A stretch of 64,000 nt of DNA from Eledone cirrhosa (taxonomy: Eukaryota), in assembly GCA_964016885.1 (NCBI GenBank), contig OZ024745.1:101494001-101558000 (forward strand), written 5' to 3'. A program made the translations under genes and the position numbers. Each line of letters begins with the position of its first letter. Positions within the stretch are counted from its first letter, which is position 1. Below the pieces are notes generated by a model. It did no database searches, had not been told where the DNA came from, and worked only from the letters and a program-made list of their open reading frames with translations. Of this stretch, positions 41,071 to 53,534 are shown in pieces.

Positions 41071-41583
41071 CAGTCTTAAGCAACCCTTGTGGTACGTGAT
41101 TGTGTGTAGGGTCTGCTCACTCCTTTTATTCTGCTTTATTTTATTTATACAAGTAGATGTAATTCTTACTATATTTTACAACTCATTCTATACCTGCATA
41201 CTTTAAAAATATAGCATTAGGGAAACCGAATTTAAAGGGCAGTTTAAACAAGTCTTGTGTAAAGGGCTATTTAAACAGGTCTTGTATAAAGGGTTATATA
41301 TCAAATCTTGTATAAGGCGCAAAACAACAATATATAACTGAAATAAACCAAACTCCCTAAAATCCCTCCCCACCAAAACAAAAAAATAATTACTTTCCAG
41401 AATGTCATCCAATTCATTAAATGATCCGAGTAAAAGCTTCGAGAATCTTCAAGTTATATATATAAAGAATACATAGAAACAAATTAAAGTAATATTTACA
41501 ATAACTTTTAGCAAAGAGCCATTACATTTTAAACATGTGCGCTGACAAAATCTGATGCCGACAATTAATGAAATAATATTTAC

Positions 41584-41642
41584 CTTAAAAGAAGGTTAGG
41601 CTTAACATATTTCTTAAAATCTTGTTCAACTTCACTTTCCAT
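41584..41642 (-). CDS. TSEN54: TSEN54 coding exon 1 (MESEVEQDFKKYVKPNLLL-S)
   Basis: ATG at 41642, 59 nt, ends AG|GTAAAT in phase 2 and joins exon 2 in frame (AG+T=Ser). Size and phase are similar to the recalled vertebrate exon 1, but sequence conservation is weak. Confidence 0.7.
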
Positions 41643-44099
41643 AATTTCCTGTAACGTTTGAAAGTTCGAATCGAATGTTTTAGTTTCCAAATGAATATGT
41701 AAATCGTGTTTATAAAATTAAAATAGATGAATAGTTAATGAAATAAAATCTTATATTCAACAAGGCGGCTTCTTAAGCAATGGCAGCTAATAATTCAAGG
41801 TTTGCTGACCATAAAGCATAGCATGTTTTTTAAAAAGCAGCATCAACATTGGTTTATAATTAATATAAGGAATTTTGTTAAATATTAGTGTTACGAAGGA
41901 ACACATGTACTATTTTTTGCTTGGCGGTGATCAAAATATCATTTACCCTCAAATATATTACATTGTTAAAAAAAGTTATCACATTGAATAAAACAACAAA
42001 CTGTTTTCACTCTGAAAATATATACAAATCCTTTGACAGTTGAAAAACACAATCACATATATAAAATATATATTTATATGTATGTATTTACATAAAGTAG
42101 AGAGACAGGTGGGAGTAAAACAAAACTACGAGAAATAGTAGATCTGAACACGTCAAAAATTTATAAGGAACTTTGAAAAGAATGTCACCGGTAATCTGTG
42201 GCTTCTAGTTTCTCCTGTTGCTATTACCACCAGCGTTAGTTCTGTTTATGTTGATACACTTTTAAAATAGCCGTATCCAAATGTGTCTCTACTTGTCTGG
42301 TGCTACGGAAATTTTATTTTTTATGTGACAAACAAGTGGAACTAACACCCATTTCGAAAACAAATATTCGAACTAAAAATTCTCACAAATGGAGAGTAAG
42401 TAGCAAGACAAACTTTTCATTCATTTCTTCACGAAGTTTCTTAAGCTTTTCAATTTGATGTTATTATTTTTCTTCTTATTTCTCCATCCCTCCTTCCATA
42501 TATATTTGCTGTATGACTTCCTTGTCGCGTCATATATATAATTTTGTTTTATATTAATATTCAGAAAATAAAAATAACAATTTTACAAATAAAGAATCGC
42601 AAGAAAGGTCCGTTTTATAGAGAAATAATTCAATTCTTTGTAAAGTGCATCTTCTACCTGTAGAACAGACAACCCACGTTAAGAATTCAAAGTTTTACTC
42701 TCACATTCTCCCCACTTGATATTCCATTTGGAATTTTTATTTTATTTGTGAACTGGTTTATTTCGCTATTAACAGAACATTTAAAATAATATATCAACGA
42801 ATTCTTGCATTTACATAAATATAAAATATAATTGACTTAAAAACATAATTGATAAATGCTTTAATACTACTACTTTCTTAATTTTGACAGTAACGGGTCA
42901 TGAGTTCTTGGACTATAGGCGTTAGCAACATTCTTAACTCTCCTTTTCAAATGCTCCATTCATAAGGATTATTGGCGATTATTGCCAGTAAGCTCCCGGC
43001 GAAGCAGGTTCGAGACTCAAGTTCTGTTGGCAGTTGGATATATATATATATATATATATCAATAACACCCTTATTTCATTCTTATGTGAAACAAAAACAA
43101 TGATTTTGTATAAAAATACAGAATTCTTGCACAGATGAGGTTATAGTTCATTGAATCGGTGCCCAGTATCTGGCTGTCTTTTTTTTCTTTTCTGTTTTTG
43201 TTATTTTTTAATCGACTCTGAAAAGAGAAAAAATGTTGACCCCAGCGGGATTTGAACTCAGAAGTTATAGGGATGAAACCAAATCCTGTAAAATATTTAA
43301 TCCGGTGTTCTGCTGTTTCTGCGAACTCACCATTATGATAATAATGATGCTGAATTGATTTTTTATGGGAGATAAATTTCCTAACTTAGAATTACTGTAC
43401 AAGAAAAATTGAGGAAGCCTTAGTAACAATGTGTAAACGTGTGTAAATCCCTGTTTCCACAACCAACTAGCTACGAATCCTTGCATAGTTATTCGAAATA
43501 GACACTATTTCAAAACTACTAATTTGATCTGGCATAACAAATACATGACGATATGAATAAAAAGAATCGTTATTGATAGCTTGCTTATGATAAATTATGA
43601 ATTATTTTTGTTCCTAATATTACTTATTTCCAATCGATTCACTAGTTATCAACTAATCGATCTTACAGATTTTATTTTTTTTATCGATTTTGTCTGAGAT
43701 AACACTGAAGCAGACGGTAATTTTCAGTAGCAGACTAACTTCATTGATTTCTAGACACCTGAACCGGTCGCTTCAGATCTTCATACGTTAGGGTTTTCGT
43801 CTTTCTACTTATATAAGCCGTAGTAAATCGATCCAAACTCGAAAGCATGTTGATTTGATTGACAGAAAATGAAATAAAACTCAATCAAGCACTGACATGT
43901 CTCAACGTTTTCGTTTCTAGAATATTTCTTTTTTAATGGCGGTAAATTTTAACAATTATATATATATATATATATAAATGGAAAACTATATTTATAATAT
44001 ACTCCAAATATTTGTCGAGTGCTTTTATATCAGTTATATATATATATATATATATATATATTACATGATAGAAGGAATAAAAAATGTACATCTATTTCT

Positions 44100-44910
44100 G
44101 GTGATTTTACTGACCTCTTATAGCCAAGGTTTTCCACAACGCACCAGAGCCTATTATGATAGAGGTGACCCATGCGACTTGGAGCCAACTTGGCCTTCAT
44201 TCAGTGGACGTTCAATTTCCCCAATGCATGGGGAACATAATCCAGCGTGGCAAAGCTTCTGATAGTCTCGTGCACCTGTTTGACCAGCACCGTCTGGCAT
44301 GTTTCTGCTCTGCTACACAACCCCATAACATACACTAACTGGTACTCAGCTGGACAGTGACTCTTTGTATCTGTGATTTCCCCGAGGCCTGGCCTACAAA
44401 ACTGTGAGCAACACAAATGCCACTGTGTGTGTGTGTGATGGGGGAGGGGGAACATTTGGCCTTCACTCACTGTCATATTGTCACAATGCCAGTCACCTCC
44501 TCTGCCATGTTGCTCTCAACGAGATCATTAAACATGGCTTCCCATTGCAGCTTGAGCTAGTGGTAAAAGGTCAGATAGCATCAGAATTTTCCTATTCTGG
44601 AGTGGTGAGCCCCTCATCTGAGATATGACATCCAGTAACTTGTTAGATTCGGGTTACAAACCCAGCTTTTGTTGCATGGCAAGCTGAAGATCACAAGCCA
44701 TTGAAGTATAGGCCTCTTTCCAGTTGGTTTTTTCATTGAACCTATAGCAGTGGAAATTTCTGGTGTTTTGGGTCTCTGAATCACCTACCTACTTACTGAT
44801 CTCAGAACAGAGTTGGCCACCTGTAGGGGTGAGACCAGTGACTGGCTAGTTCAATGTGTCTCCCTCACTATTCTCCAGACCAACACTTTCTCTATTCAGT
44901 CTGATGGGAC
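44100..44910 (+). mobile_element. Degenerate CRE-like non-LTR retrotransposon fragment
   Basis: C.C...GLHSLS.C...HVALNEIIK zinc-knuckle remnant, then AEDHKPLKY, EPIAVEISG and WLVQCVSL. Confidence 0.68.
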
Positions 44911-45783
44911 TATGAGGCAGCATGTGCCTGGTGTTTTACGCACTGGAGAACATTGTCCAAGCATATATCATTGTGGTAGCAATGGTGGTGGTCTGTGTAT
45001 TCTTCTTAGTTATCTTTGTATCATTGAAGATGAGAGACTATTAGCCCTGTATTAAAACCTTTTATTGACTTTTCTCTTGTTCTGGGCTTATTTAGCCGAA
45101 TAGTGTTGGTGAATTTATTCAGTATTATCCATCCTTTACCTAACTATTAGTCTACAATATTTTTGAATCATTGTTGTCCTTTCATACACTCTATAATTAT
45201 TTCTACCACTAAATATATGTCTATACTTGCCAAATTTATTTTCTTGTAGTACTTACTTTACCACCCAAAGAGTGTATGTTCGTACATCATCTATTTATAA
45301 TATAATCATTAAATAAAAATAAGAAAGATGAATTAATGAATGCTTATAATTTAAGGCTTTTCATCGCTTTGGCAACAGAGCCGGATGCCGCTGCCAGCAA
45401 AAGATGACTTAACAGGAATCAACTGACCGTTTCCTTTTCATATCCGAAACCATTGGGACATCCAGTGTTCTTGTTCCCCAGACTGTTTAACTTCAGCAAA
45501 TTGCAACAAGGGTATCATGCCTGAGGAAGGAGTTCTACAAGGGAGAGTGGCTGATGCATCAGATAATGCTGGCAATGCCTTTGCTATTTTGTCCACAGGC
45601 TGCCGCTAAGATATTGCCACCTAGCCATGAGTGTAGAATTTTCTCTTTCCCTATTTCTCCCTTTTTCTTTCTATTTTATTATTTTATTTTTTTTTTGCTT
45701 TTCACCATTATGATATATTACTCTTTTACCTGTTCCAGCCATCCGGCTGAGACCCTGCTGGGGCACCACCCTTGAAAGGAATT

Positions 45784-45896
45784 GTTTATAGCACTTAGGT
45801 TTCCCAAGCGGTCACCCATCTAAGTACTAACTGGGCTCGACTTAACTTCAGTGATCAGATGAGAGCCGGTGTTTTCAGTGTGATATGGCCGTAAAC
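45784..45896 (-). pseudogene. 5S rRNA pseudogene
   Basis: Minus strand reads GTTTACGGCCATATCACACTGAAAACACCGG...GAAGTTAAG...GTTAGTACTTAGATGGGTGACCGCTTGGGAAACC...GCTATAAAC. About 113 nt, with an approximately 5-nt deletion after box A, CpG-decay substitutions and no oligo-T terminator. Confidence 0.9.
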
Positions 45897-45977
45897 TTAT
45901 TTTTATATAAAACTTTAATGCTTATATAATGATTTGTAAGTAATTTGATGAAGTCTTTATAATACTAGGACATTGTG

Positions 45978-46498
45978 ACCTAAGTTGTTATATATTTAAC
46001 ATTTCCTTAAAGAAGGTGAGGTTCTAAATTGGAATGACTGGTACATAAAATGAACAACTGCGTTGTTTCTACTTAATCTATGTACTACTAAAACTCTGTG
46101 ATTGTGTGCTTGCCTGTAATTTAATACAGTTGGGTCATGGGTAGTCTAGTTGTCACCTGTCTTAGCTAAAATATAAATACTTACTATACACAGCAAGGCG
46201 GGATCTCTTCCTGTCTGTCTTTTCACTAAGGCTTTTCAGAAATGAAACACAACGGTAAGTCCACTAGCAATCTGATTGGTTATCACGGAACTGTTGGCTA
46301 TTTATGAAGGTACCTGGAAAAAACCCATATCTCGGGAATGTTTTGACTGTATTAAATTACAGACAAGCACACAATCACAGAATTTTAGTAGTATATAGAT
46401 TAAGTAGAAACAACAACTGTTCATTTCTATCTCCCAGTCATTCCAATTTAGAACCTCACTTTCTTTAAGTAAGTGTTAAATGTATAACTACTTAGGTT
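45978..46498. mobile_element. MITE/foldback element with about 150-bp inverted arms
   Basis: 45978-46131 is the reverse complement of 46346-46498 (e.g. GTGAGGTTCTAAATTGGAATGACTGG). Confidence 0.8.
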
Positions 46499-46533
46499 AT
46501 CTGCCATACCTGTTCATTTCTATCTACCAGTCG

Positions 46534-46786
46534 TTGTGTTGGTATCATGACAAAAAGCACCCAGCACACACTGTAAAATGGTTGTGCAGGTGTCACTACA
46601 AAAAGCATCCAACACACACTATAAATGTTGTTGGCATTAGGAAGGGCATCCAGCTGTAGAACCAAGGCCGGAAACAGTTCTGTATGAGCAAAACAAGGTC
46701 ACTTGACCCAACTTGCCTCGAATAGGACAACCTGTCTAACCCATGCGAGTGTGAAAAAGGAACATTAAATGATGATGATGATGATG
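46534..46786 (+). mobile_element. RTE-tail retroposon with TSD
   Basis: GGAAGGGCATCCAGCTGTAGAA block, (GAT)n tail, TSD TACCAGTC. Confidence 0.8.
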
Positions 46787-47825
46787 TACCAGTCATTCAA
46801 ATTTAGAACCTCACTTTCTCTCAGTAAACGTTAAATTACTTAGATTATCTGCTATGTTTGTATAACCAGGATTCTTTCATATTCACTATATACACAGCTC
46901 ATTCTTCGCAATTTCTCAAAGTGTCCCCCCCCCCCCCTCCCCCCAAAAAGGTGCCTGCACTCCTGTGAGTTAAAGTCGCTTAATAGTTTATTATATATGT
47001 ATTTTAATGAACAAATTTGCTCTCTCAATTTTTATGTCATTTGGTTTTAGTATCTTATTAAAATTAGGGCTCCAGGGGTGGTCCATATAATATAAATATG
47101 GGTTCTGCAATTTCTGGATAGATTCTGTGACACCCTGCTTTAAACTATACCTATTTCTCAAATTATTTCACATTCATCCTGTTCCTTTTCAAAATTAGAG
47201 GATCAGTCTTAAATTGTGTCTCGTGAGTATTCTGTGCAAAACATATTCTTTATACAGTATCATAATTGTTAATTTGGTAAAAGAGTTGAAACCACTTTGT
47301 CTTCTGTGCAATAGCTTCAAGAGATTTGAAAAAGAAAAAAAACAAAACAATTCCTATATATTTGAGATAATATGGTAATACAAACCCCATGTATAAGCCA
47401 AGCCATTATGTTTAGATGGCATGGTTTTGAAATTCTCACGAGTAGAGATTATATTTACGAAGGTTTAATATTTTGATATTTAAAATGTTTTAAATGTCAA
47501 AGTATAGTTTTTGCTTCACAATTCCATTATGTAATGATTTTTTACCATTTTGGCCACTCATATACTTAAATTATTTGGCTTATTTTTAGCATACAACACT
47601 AGCGCCAACTCCCTCATGTAACAGATTTTTATTTAATAAACACATCAAATGAAATGCGGGCCTTAAACAACTTGTAAATCATTTAACATTGTACAAATAT
47701 TAAAGCTTCATGTAGATTTTTATAATTACACCCTTCTTGTGCCAGCACGCCTCCTCACTCATTTAACTACATGACAAATAATTTCCAATCATTTTGCAGG
47801 CCATATTCATTCAAAATATCTAAAA

Positions 47826-48165
47826 CAGGGGTGTGCAACATATTCCATTGGTAGGACACTTTTGAACATTGGAACAACTATTAGGGCCATTAATATTTAT
47901 TAAGCACTATTCCAAATATTCACCATAGCTTCTTTCCATAACATCGAACTAGGAAATTATAACACACATAACCCTATTAGTGAAGCTGATAGGGTTATGT
48001 GTGTTATAATTTGGTATAGGTCAACTAACAGAAAATTGTATTATGGTTATGAAAAAAATTCTAAATAAGCCTCCAAGGTAAAAAGTAAAAACGGTTATGG
48101 CGGGCGACTCTGACTGGTCTGGCAAGCCAGATTGTGGCCTGCGGGCTGCCTGTTGCACGCCCCAG
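47826..48165. mobile_element. hAT/Charlie-type MITE
   Basis: TIR C(A/T)GGGG(T/C)GTGCAACA; perfect 8-bp TSD ATCTAAAA. Confidence 0.88.
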
Positions 48166-48882
48166 ATCTAAAACAATAGAAAAAACAAATTTTACCTCGA
48201 AAGTGAAACTGTTGTAATATTTGTCTCCAAATTAAATCACAAAAGAAAAACATTTGTAGTGTTATGCACGGGATAGGGGATATTCATATATCAAAACGTT
48301 TAAATTATAGACATTTGTTAGGAATGTTCTCAAGGGAATGTCTAAATAACACTCATGATGATGTAGTAAATGTAGACAGTGTTTCATTGTAAAATAATCA
48401 TTCCAGATATTTTAGCACCTTATTTAGGTAGAATTTCAAGTTGGTGAAAATTGGCAAATTGAATATAAGCCAACCCTCATTTTACCATTTTTTTACCATT
48501 AATTCTTTTTTTTTTTTGTATCATATTTCTTGGCTTGTATACAAGTATATACAATAAAAGTCTTATGTTGAAGAGTAAATGGAGATGGACCCAGCTTGGT
48601 GGCCATTTATTTCAGATTATCACTGAGAACATTGTCATTCCTTGACATTTTGTTGTATTTGAATAACTAAAGTTGTTACACCTGATTGTTGTGAAGCCCT
48701 GAATTAACCTCTGTTGTTACCATATTTCTAATGAAAGACACTGCTATCACTTTCAAATTATTTTGAAATAATCGAGAATTTGGCGGGATTTAGTAATATA
48801 ACTTACTTTCTCATTATTAAGTCTGTGTTTGGAATATAAATTAAAAAGGCTCCTACATAAAATTATGATGGAATCCTTTTAA

Positions 48883-49102
48883 TCCTTTAGCATTTCCATT
48901 ACTCTATATATACTATTGATTTTTGTGGTAAAGGCTTTATATTACATACTTATCTCACATATTATTGAATCTTTGAGATTTTGATCTTATTTATCCTGAG
49001 AACAATACCTTAACGTCAGTATGAGTGGCTGGTTACAGCCAGTTTGAATAGAAAGAGCTGAGAGAATTCTGGCTGGATACGGCCGGTTTAAATGCTAAAG
49101 GG
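48883..49102 (+). mobile_element. piggyBac-type MITE
   Basis: TTAA-flanked member of the same family. Further degenerate copies at about 4364-4547 (-), 28569-28735 and 54844-55053. Confidence 0.85.
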
Positions 49103-49418
49103 TTAAACAAACATAAACATTTGAAAACAAAATATATTCTCTTCATAGAGCAATGGCTAGTACAGGGTTTGCAGGTGTAGACACAGTATGGATGATAAGA
49201 TGAGGAGAGAGACATATCAAGATTGTCCGAGAGGAAGAGAGGTCACTGCAGTAGCAGGTATGGAGAACTGTACATCTGTGGCTCAGAGGTTGAAATATGT
49301 TCTTGACTGACTTCCTGCTTATTAGTTGGGTAGATTTTGATTAAATTCAAGTTAGCCACATTAGCCACTATTAGCCACATTGTCATGAGTTTAAAATTAA
49401 CTACATCTGCTAAGTTAA

Positions 49419-49639
49419 CCCTTTAGCATTTACATTACTCTATATATACTATTACGTTTTCGCAGTAAACACTTTATCTTACATAATTATCTCGTATAAT
49501 ATTGAATCTATGATATTTTGATATTATTTATTTTGAGAACAATACCTTAACGTCAGTATGAGTGGCAAGTTATGGCCGGTGTGAACAGAAAAAGGTGAGA
49601 TATTTCTGGCCGGGTATGGCAGGTTTAAATGCTAAAGGG
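49419..49639 (+). mobile_element. 221-bp piggyBac-type MITE
   Basis: Perfect TIR CCCTTTAGCATTTA with TTAA on both sides. Confidence 0.9.
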
Positions 49640-49830
49640 TTAAGCAAATGTATTTTTCTTTGTGTGTGTATAAGCTCCTTTTCTATTTCACGAACAAGTG
49701 GTTAAAAACAATAACTCCAGTGCCTAAATATTTTATCTTCTGAATAATTCATATATAATTCTTGTTACATATTTATTTATTTATCTGTTATTTGCTTATT
49801 CTCAATTATTTATCCACTTTCCAGATATTA

Positions 49831-50930
49831 GTCACTACACTCTCTTTTCCCCCTTCTCCCACGTAGCCTTCATCACTACACACTCTTTTTCCCCCCTCTC
49901 CCACAACCGTTGCCTTCATCACTACACACTCTCTGTTTCCCCCTCTCCCACATCTGTTGCCTTCATCCATCACTACACACTCACTTTTTCCCCTCTCCCA
50001 CATCTGTTCCCTTCATCACTACACACTCTCTGTTTCCCCCTCTCCCACATCTGTTGCCTTCATCACTACACACTTTATCCTCCTCTCCCACAACTGTTGC
50101 CTTCATCACTACACACTCTCTGCTACCCCCTCTCCCACAACCGTTGCCTTCATCACTACACACTCTCTTTTTCCCCCTCTTCCACAACTGTTGCCTTCAT
50201 CACTACACATTCTCTTTTTCCCCCCTCTCCCACAACCATTCCCTTCATCATACTCTCTTTTTCCCCCTCTCCCACATCTGTTGCCTTCATCACTACACAC
50301 TTTTTCCTCCTCTCCCACAACTGTTGCCTTCATCACTACACACTCTCTGTTACCCTCTCCCACAACCGTTGCCTTCATCACTACACACTCTGTTACCCCC
50401 TCTCCCACAACTGTTGCCTTCATCACTACACACTCTCTGTTACCCCCTCTCCCACAACTGTTGCCTTCATCACTACACACTCTCTGTTTCCCCTCTCCCA
50501 CAACCGTTGCCTTCATCACTACACACTCTGTTACCCCCTCTCCCACAACTGTTGCCTTCATCACTACACACTCTGTTTCCCCTTCTTCCACAACCGTTGC
50601 CTTCATCACTACACACTCTCTGTTACCCCCTCTCCCACAACTGTTGCCTTCATCACTACACACTCTCTGTTACCCCCTCTTCCACAACTGTTGCCTTCAT
50701 CACTACACCCTCTCTGTTACCCCCTCTTCCACAACTGTTGCCTTCATCACTACACACTCTGTTACCCCCTCTTCCACAACTGTTGCCTTCATCACTACAC
50801 ACTCTCTGTTTCCCCTTCTCCCACAACCGTTGCCTTCACCACTACACACTCTCTGTTTCCCCCTCTCCCACAACCGTTGCCTTCATCACTACACACTCTC
50901 TTTTCTCCCTCTCCCACAACCGTTGCCTTC
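49831..50930. repeat. 45-47-bp pyrimidine-rich minisatellite, about 24 copies
   Basis: Unit CCACAACTGTTGCCTTCATCACTACACACTCTCTGTTACCCCCTCTC. Confidence 0.96.
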
Positions 50931-51618
50931 AATATCCTCTCTGATTGTGGTATTCATCCTTCTATTAAAGTCAGAAGCCATGCTTTCCAGCATAGTTACA
51001 TCCCTTTACAGTCTGAGTTCAAATCCCGCTGAGGTTAACTTTGCATTTCATCCTTACGGGGTAGATAAAATAAAGTACCAGTAATGCACTGGGTAATTGC
51101 TGGCCTTGTGCCAAAAGTAGAAACAATTATTCATTTTATTACTCTTGTTATTATCTCCAATACATAATAGCGGAGGGGATGGGGTGGGGCGATTATTTGA
51201 GACCCAAAAGTAATAGAATTTTAGAGATAAAAATTTAAGAGAAAGAGGAATAGAGAAAGACACTCACATTAAGAGAGAGTGAGTGAGTGAGAGAGAGAGA
51301 GAGATGTCGTTAAAAATTAGAAGGAAGTGACTTATTAAAAATTAGAACCAGTATTAGTGCTGCTCAGAAAACAATCAAATTTCCTTTGTATTAAGTTTTA
51401 TATATTTCCAGCAAATGTAATATACTAACACATGTTAATACTATATTGGTTTCCAATTTCCTAATAATGTATATTTAGAAGGATTCCAGTGGCCAGTTAT
51501 TATAGGAGACTTTCCCTTTTCTTTCACAAAAACATTTATGGATTTTTCCCATTCTTTTGCATGTGTGTGAATCATTATTAATTTTAATGGCCTGGTCTCA
51601 CTTGTGTGTGTGTGTATG

Positions 51619-51659
<41 letters not shown>

Positions 51660-52047
51660 CATCATCATCATTTTATTTTACGTGCGCTTTTCCCTGCTTG
51701 CAAGGGTGGGACGGGAACTGATTCTGGCTTGATTTCTACAGCTGGATGCCCTTCCTAACACCAACCTCATTTACAGTGAGTGGTGGGTGCTTTTTTTCCA
51801 TGGCGCCTACACGTCCACTTTACAGTGTGGGCTGGGTGCTTTTTTGTCGTGGCACCTCCTCGACCACTCTACAGTGGAATGACATGGACCCCAGTCCCTA
51901 TCATCTCATTTCTACAGCTGAGTAAACTGGAGCAATGTGAAATAAAGTGTCTTGCTCAAGGAAACAACACATCACCCGGTCTGAGAATTGAACTCACAAC
52001 CTTTCGATTGCAAGGCCAATGCTCTAACCACTAAGCCATGTGCATCC
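51660..52047 (-). mobile_element. Same SINE family, with an internal duplication of about 40 bp
   Basis: Collinear with 39171-39513, flanked by (TA)n. Confidence 0.88.
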
Positions 52048-52142
52048 TTTATATATATATATATAACGAAGGAAATGTGGTAAGGAACCAGGTGGACCAT
52101 AACGCACCAAAGTATTCAATACTTAGGGTAGTAGAGTGGGTA

Positions 52143-52259
52143 ATAGGAACGAGTAGGACCCCGACGGCTGAGCTCAAGCCGTTGCGACGGCTAATTCTGG
52201 TCCAGAATTAGCCGTCAAAACGGCTTGAGCTCAGCCGTTGGGGTCCTACTCGTTCCTAT
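52143..52259. repeat. 117-bp near-perfect palindrome
   Basis: 58-bp arms around T52201 with 3 mismatches. Confidence 0.95.
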
Positions 52260-53248
52260 ATATATATATATATATATAAATAAACGCATGTGTGTATGTA
52301 GCTATATGTACTTTATATAATTGTAAAGCAACAGATACACGCACACACATAGAAATGAGAAAACTCATCGCTGGAACAGCTGTAGGACAGAAACCAGCTG
52401 CCAGGGTCAACAGAGAGACAATCCACAATTTAGCTATTCTAGCAATGAATTTTCTCATTTTTTTATGTATTCAAATACACACTCACTTCATCTCGATTAG
52501 AGACAACATTGTTTTAGTTATATATATATATATATTGATTCTTGAATCATATATTTAATGGGGTGGTGAGGAGATTGGTAGTTATTATGTTGTAGTAGTA
52601 TTAATGATGAGTGAAGTTGGTGAGTTGAATGAGTGAGTGTTTGGTTGAGTCCATGTGATAAGTGAGCAAAGTGTCTCAAAGAATCAAGAGAATCGTTGCT
52701 GTGATGTTTTGCCATAGTTGATGAAACCAGTGGTTGTAATTGCTTGTTGAGGTGATGTGATGTTAGTGTGGGGAAAATAATTTTCCCAATCACATTTATA
52801 TGAAGAAAACCACAATATCTGCTAAATAAATATTTTTTATTTGTTGACATAAATTCCACTGAAATCATGTGATAAAATAGAAAGCAAAAAGAAAGTATTT
52901 TGAATGAATGCAATGAGTGTTGTGCTTAGTGTGTAAGGCAGTGGATGTTAGCATTTTTGTGAATTGTATTGGAAATGAATACAGATATTCTGAATGAAAT
53001 TTGGTAGATCTGGTTGATCTGTTGTAGTCTGTATTGAGACCACATTTGATTTTACCTTATATAATGTTTTCCTGAAAATATGACACTAGACCACACAAAT
53101 ATTGGTAAGCACCTATTGTCCTCAGACATTGGACATTTTTACCTATTGTTGATTTCACTGAACTTATAGGTAGGTCAGCATGCTGATGGTGTCATTATTT
53201 TCAAAAATCAATAGAAAAACTTTCCTCTGGTGCCAGATTTCACTTATA

Positions 53249-53514
53249 TCATCATCATCATCATCATCATCATCAACGTTTAACGTCCGTGTTCCACGCT
53301 TGCATGGGTTTGGACGGGGGTTTTCCCACTTGAGGCAAGAGTGATTATCTTGCTCGCATAGGACTATCTGGCGGGTTTTCTACAGCTGGATGCCCTTCCT
53401 AACACCAACCACATTTACAGTGTGGGGCTGGGAGGTTTTTACCGTGTTGCCTACACAGCCACATTACAGCGTGAACTGTGTGTTTTTTTGTCGTGACACC
53501 TACACGACCTCATT
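53249..53514 (-). mobile_element. RTE family B 3' UTR fragment
   Basis: Near-identical reverse complement of 53997-54260. Confidence 0.9.
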
Positions 53515-53534
53515 TATATATATATATATATATA

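Noticed and set aside
49910-51084. Overlapping 311-375-aa ORFs in all three + frames
   Set aside because: Stop-free pyrimidine-rich minisatellite; unit-length variation shifts frames freely.
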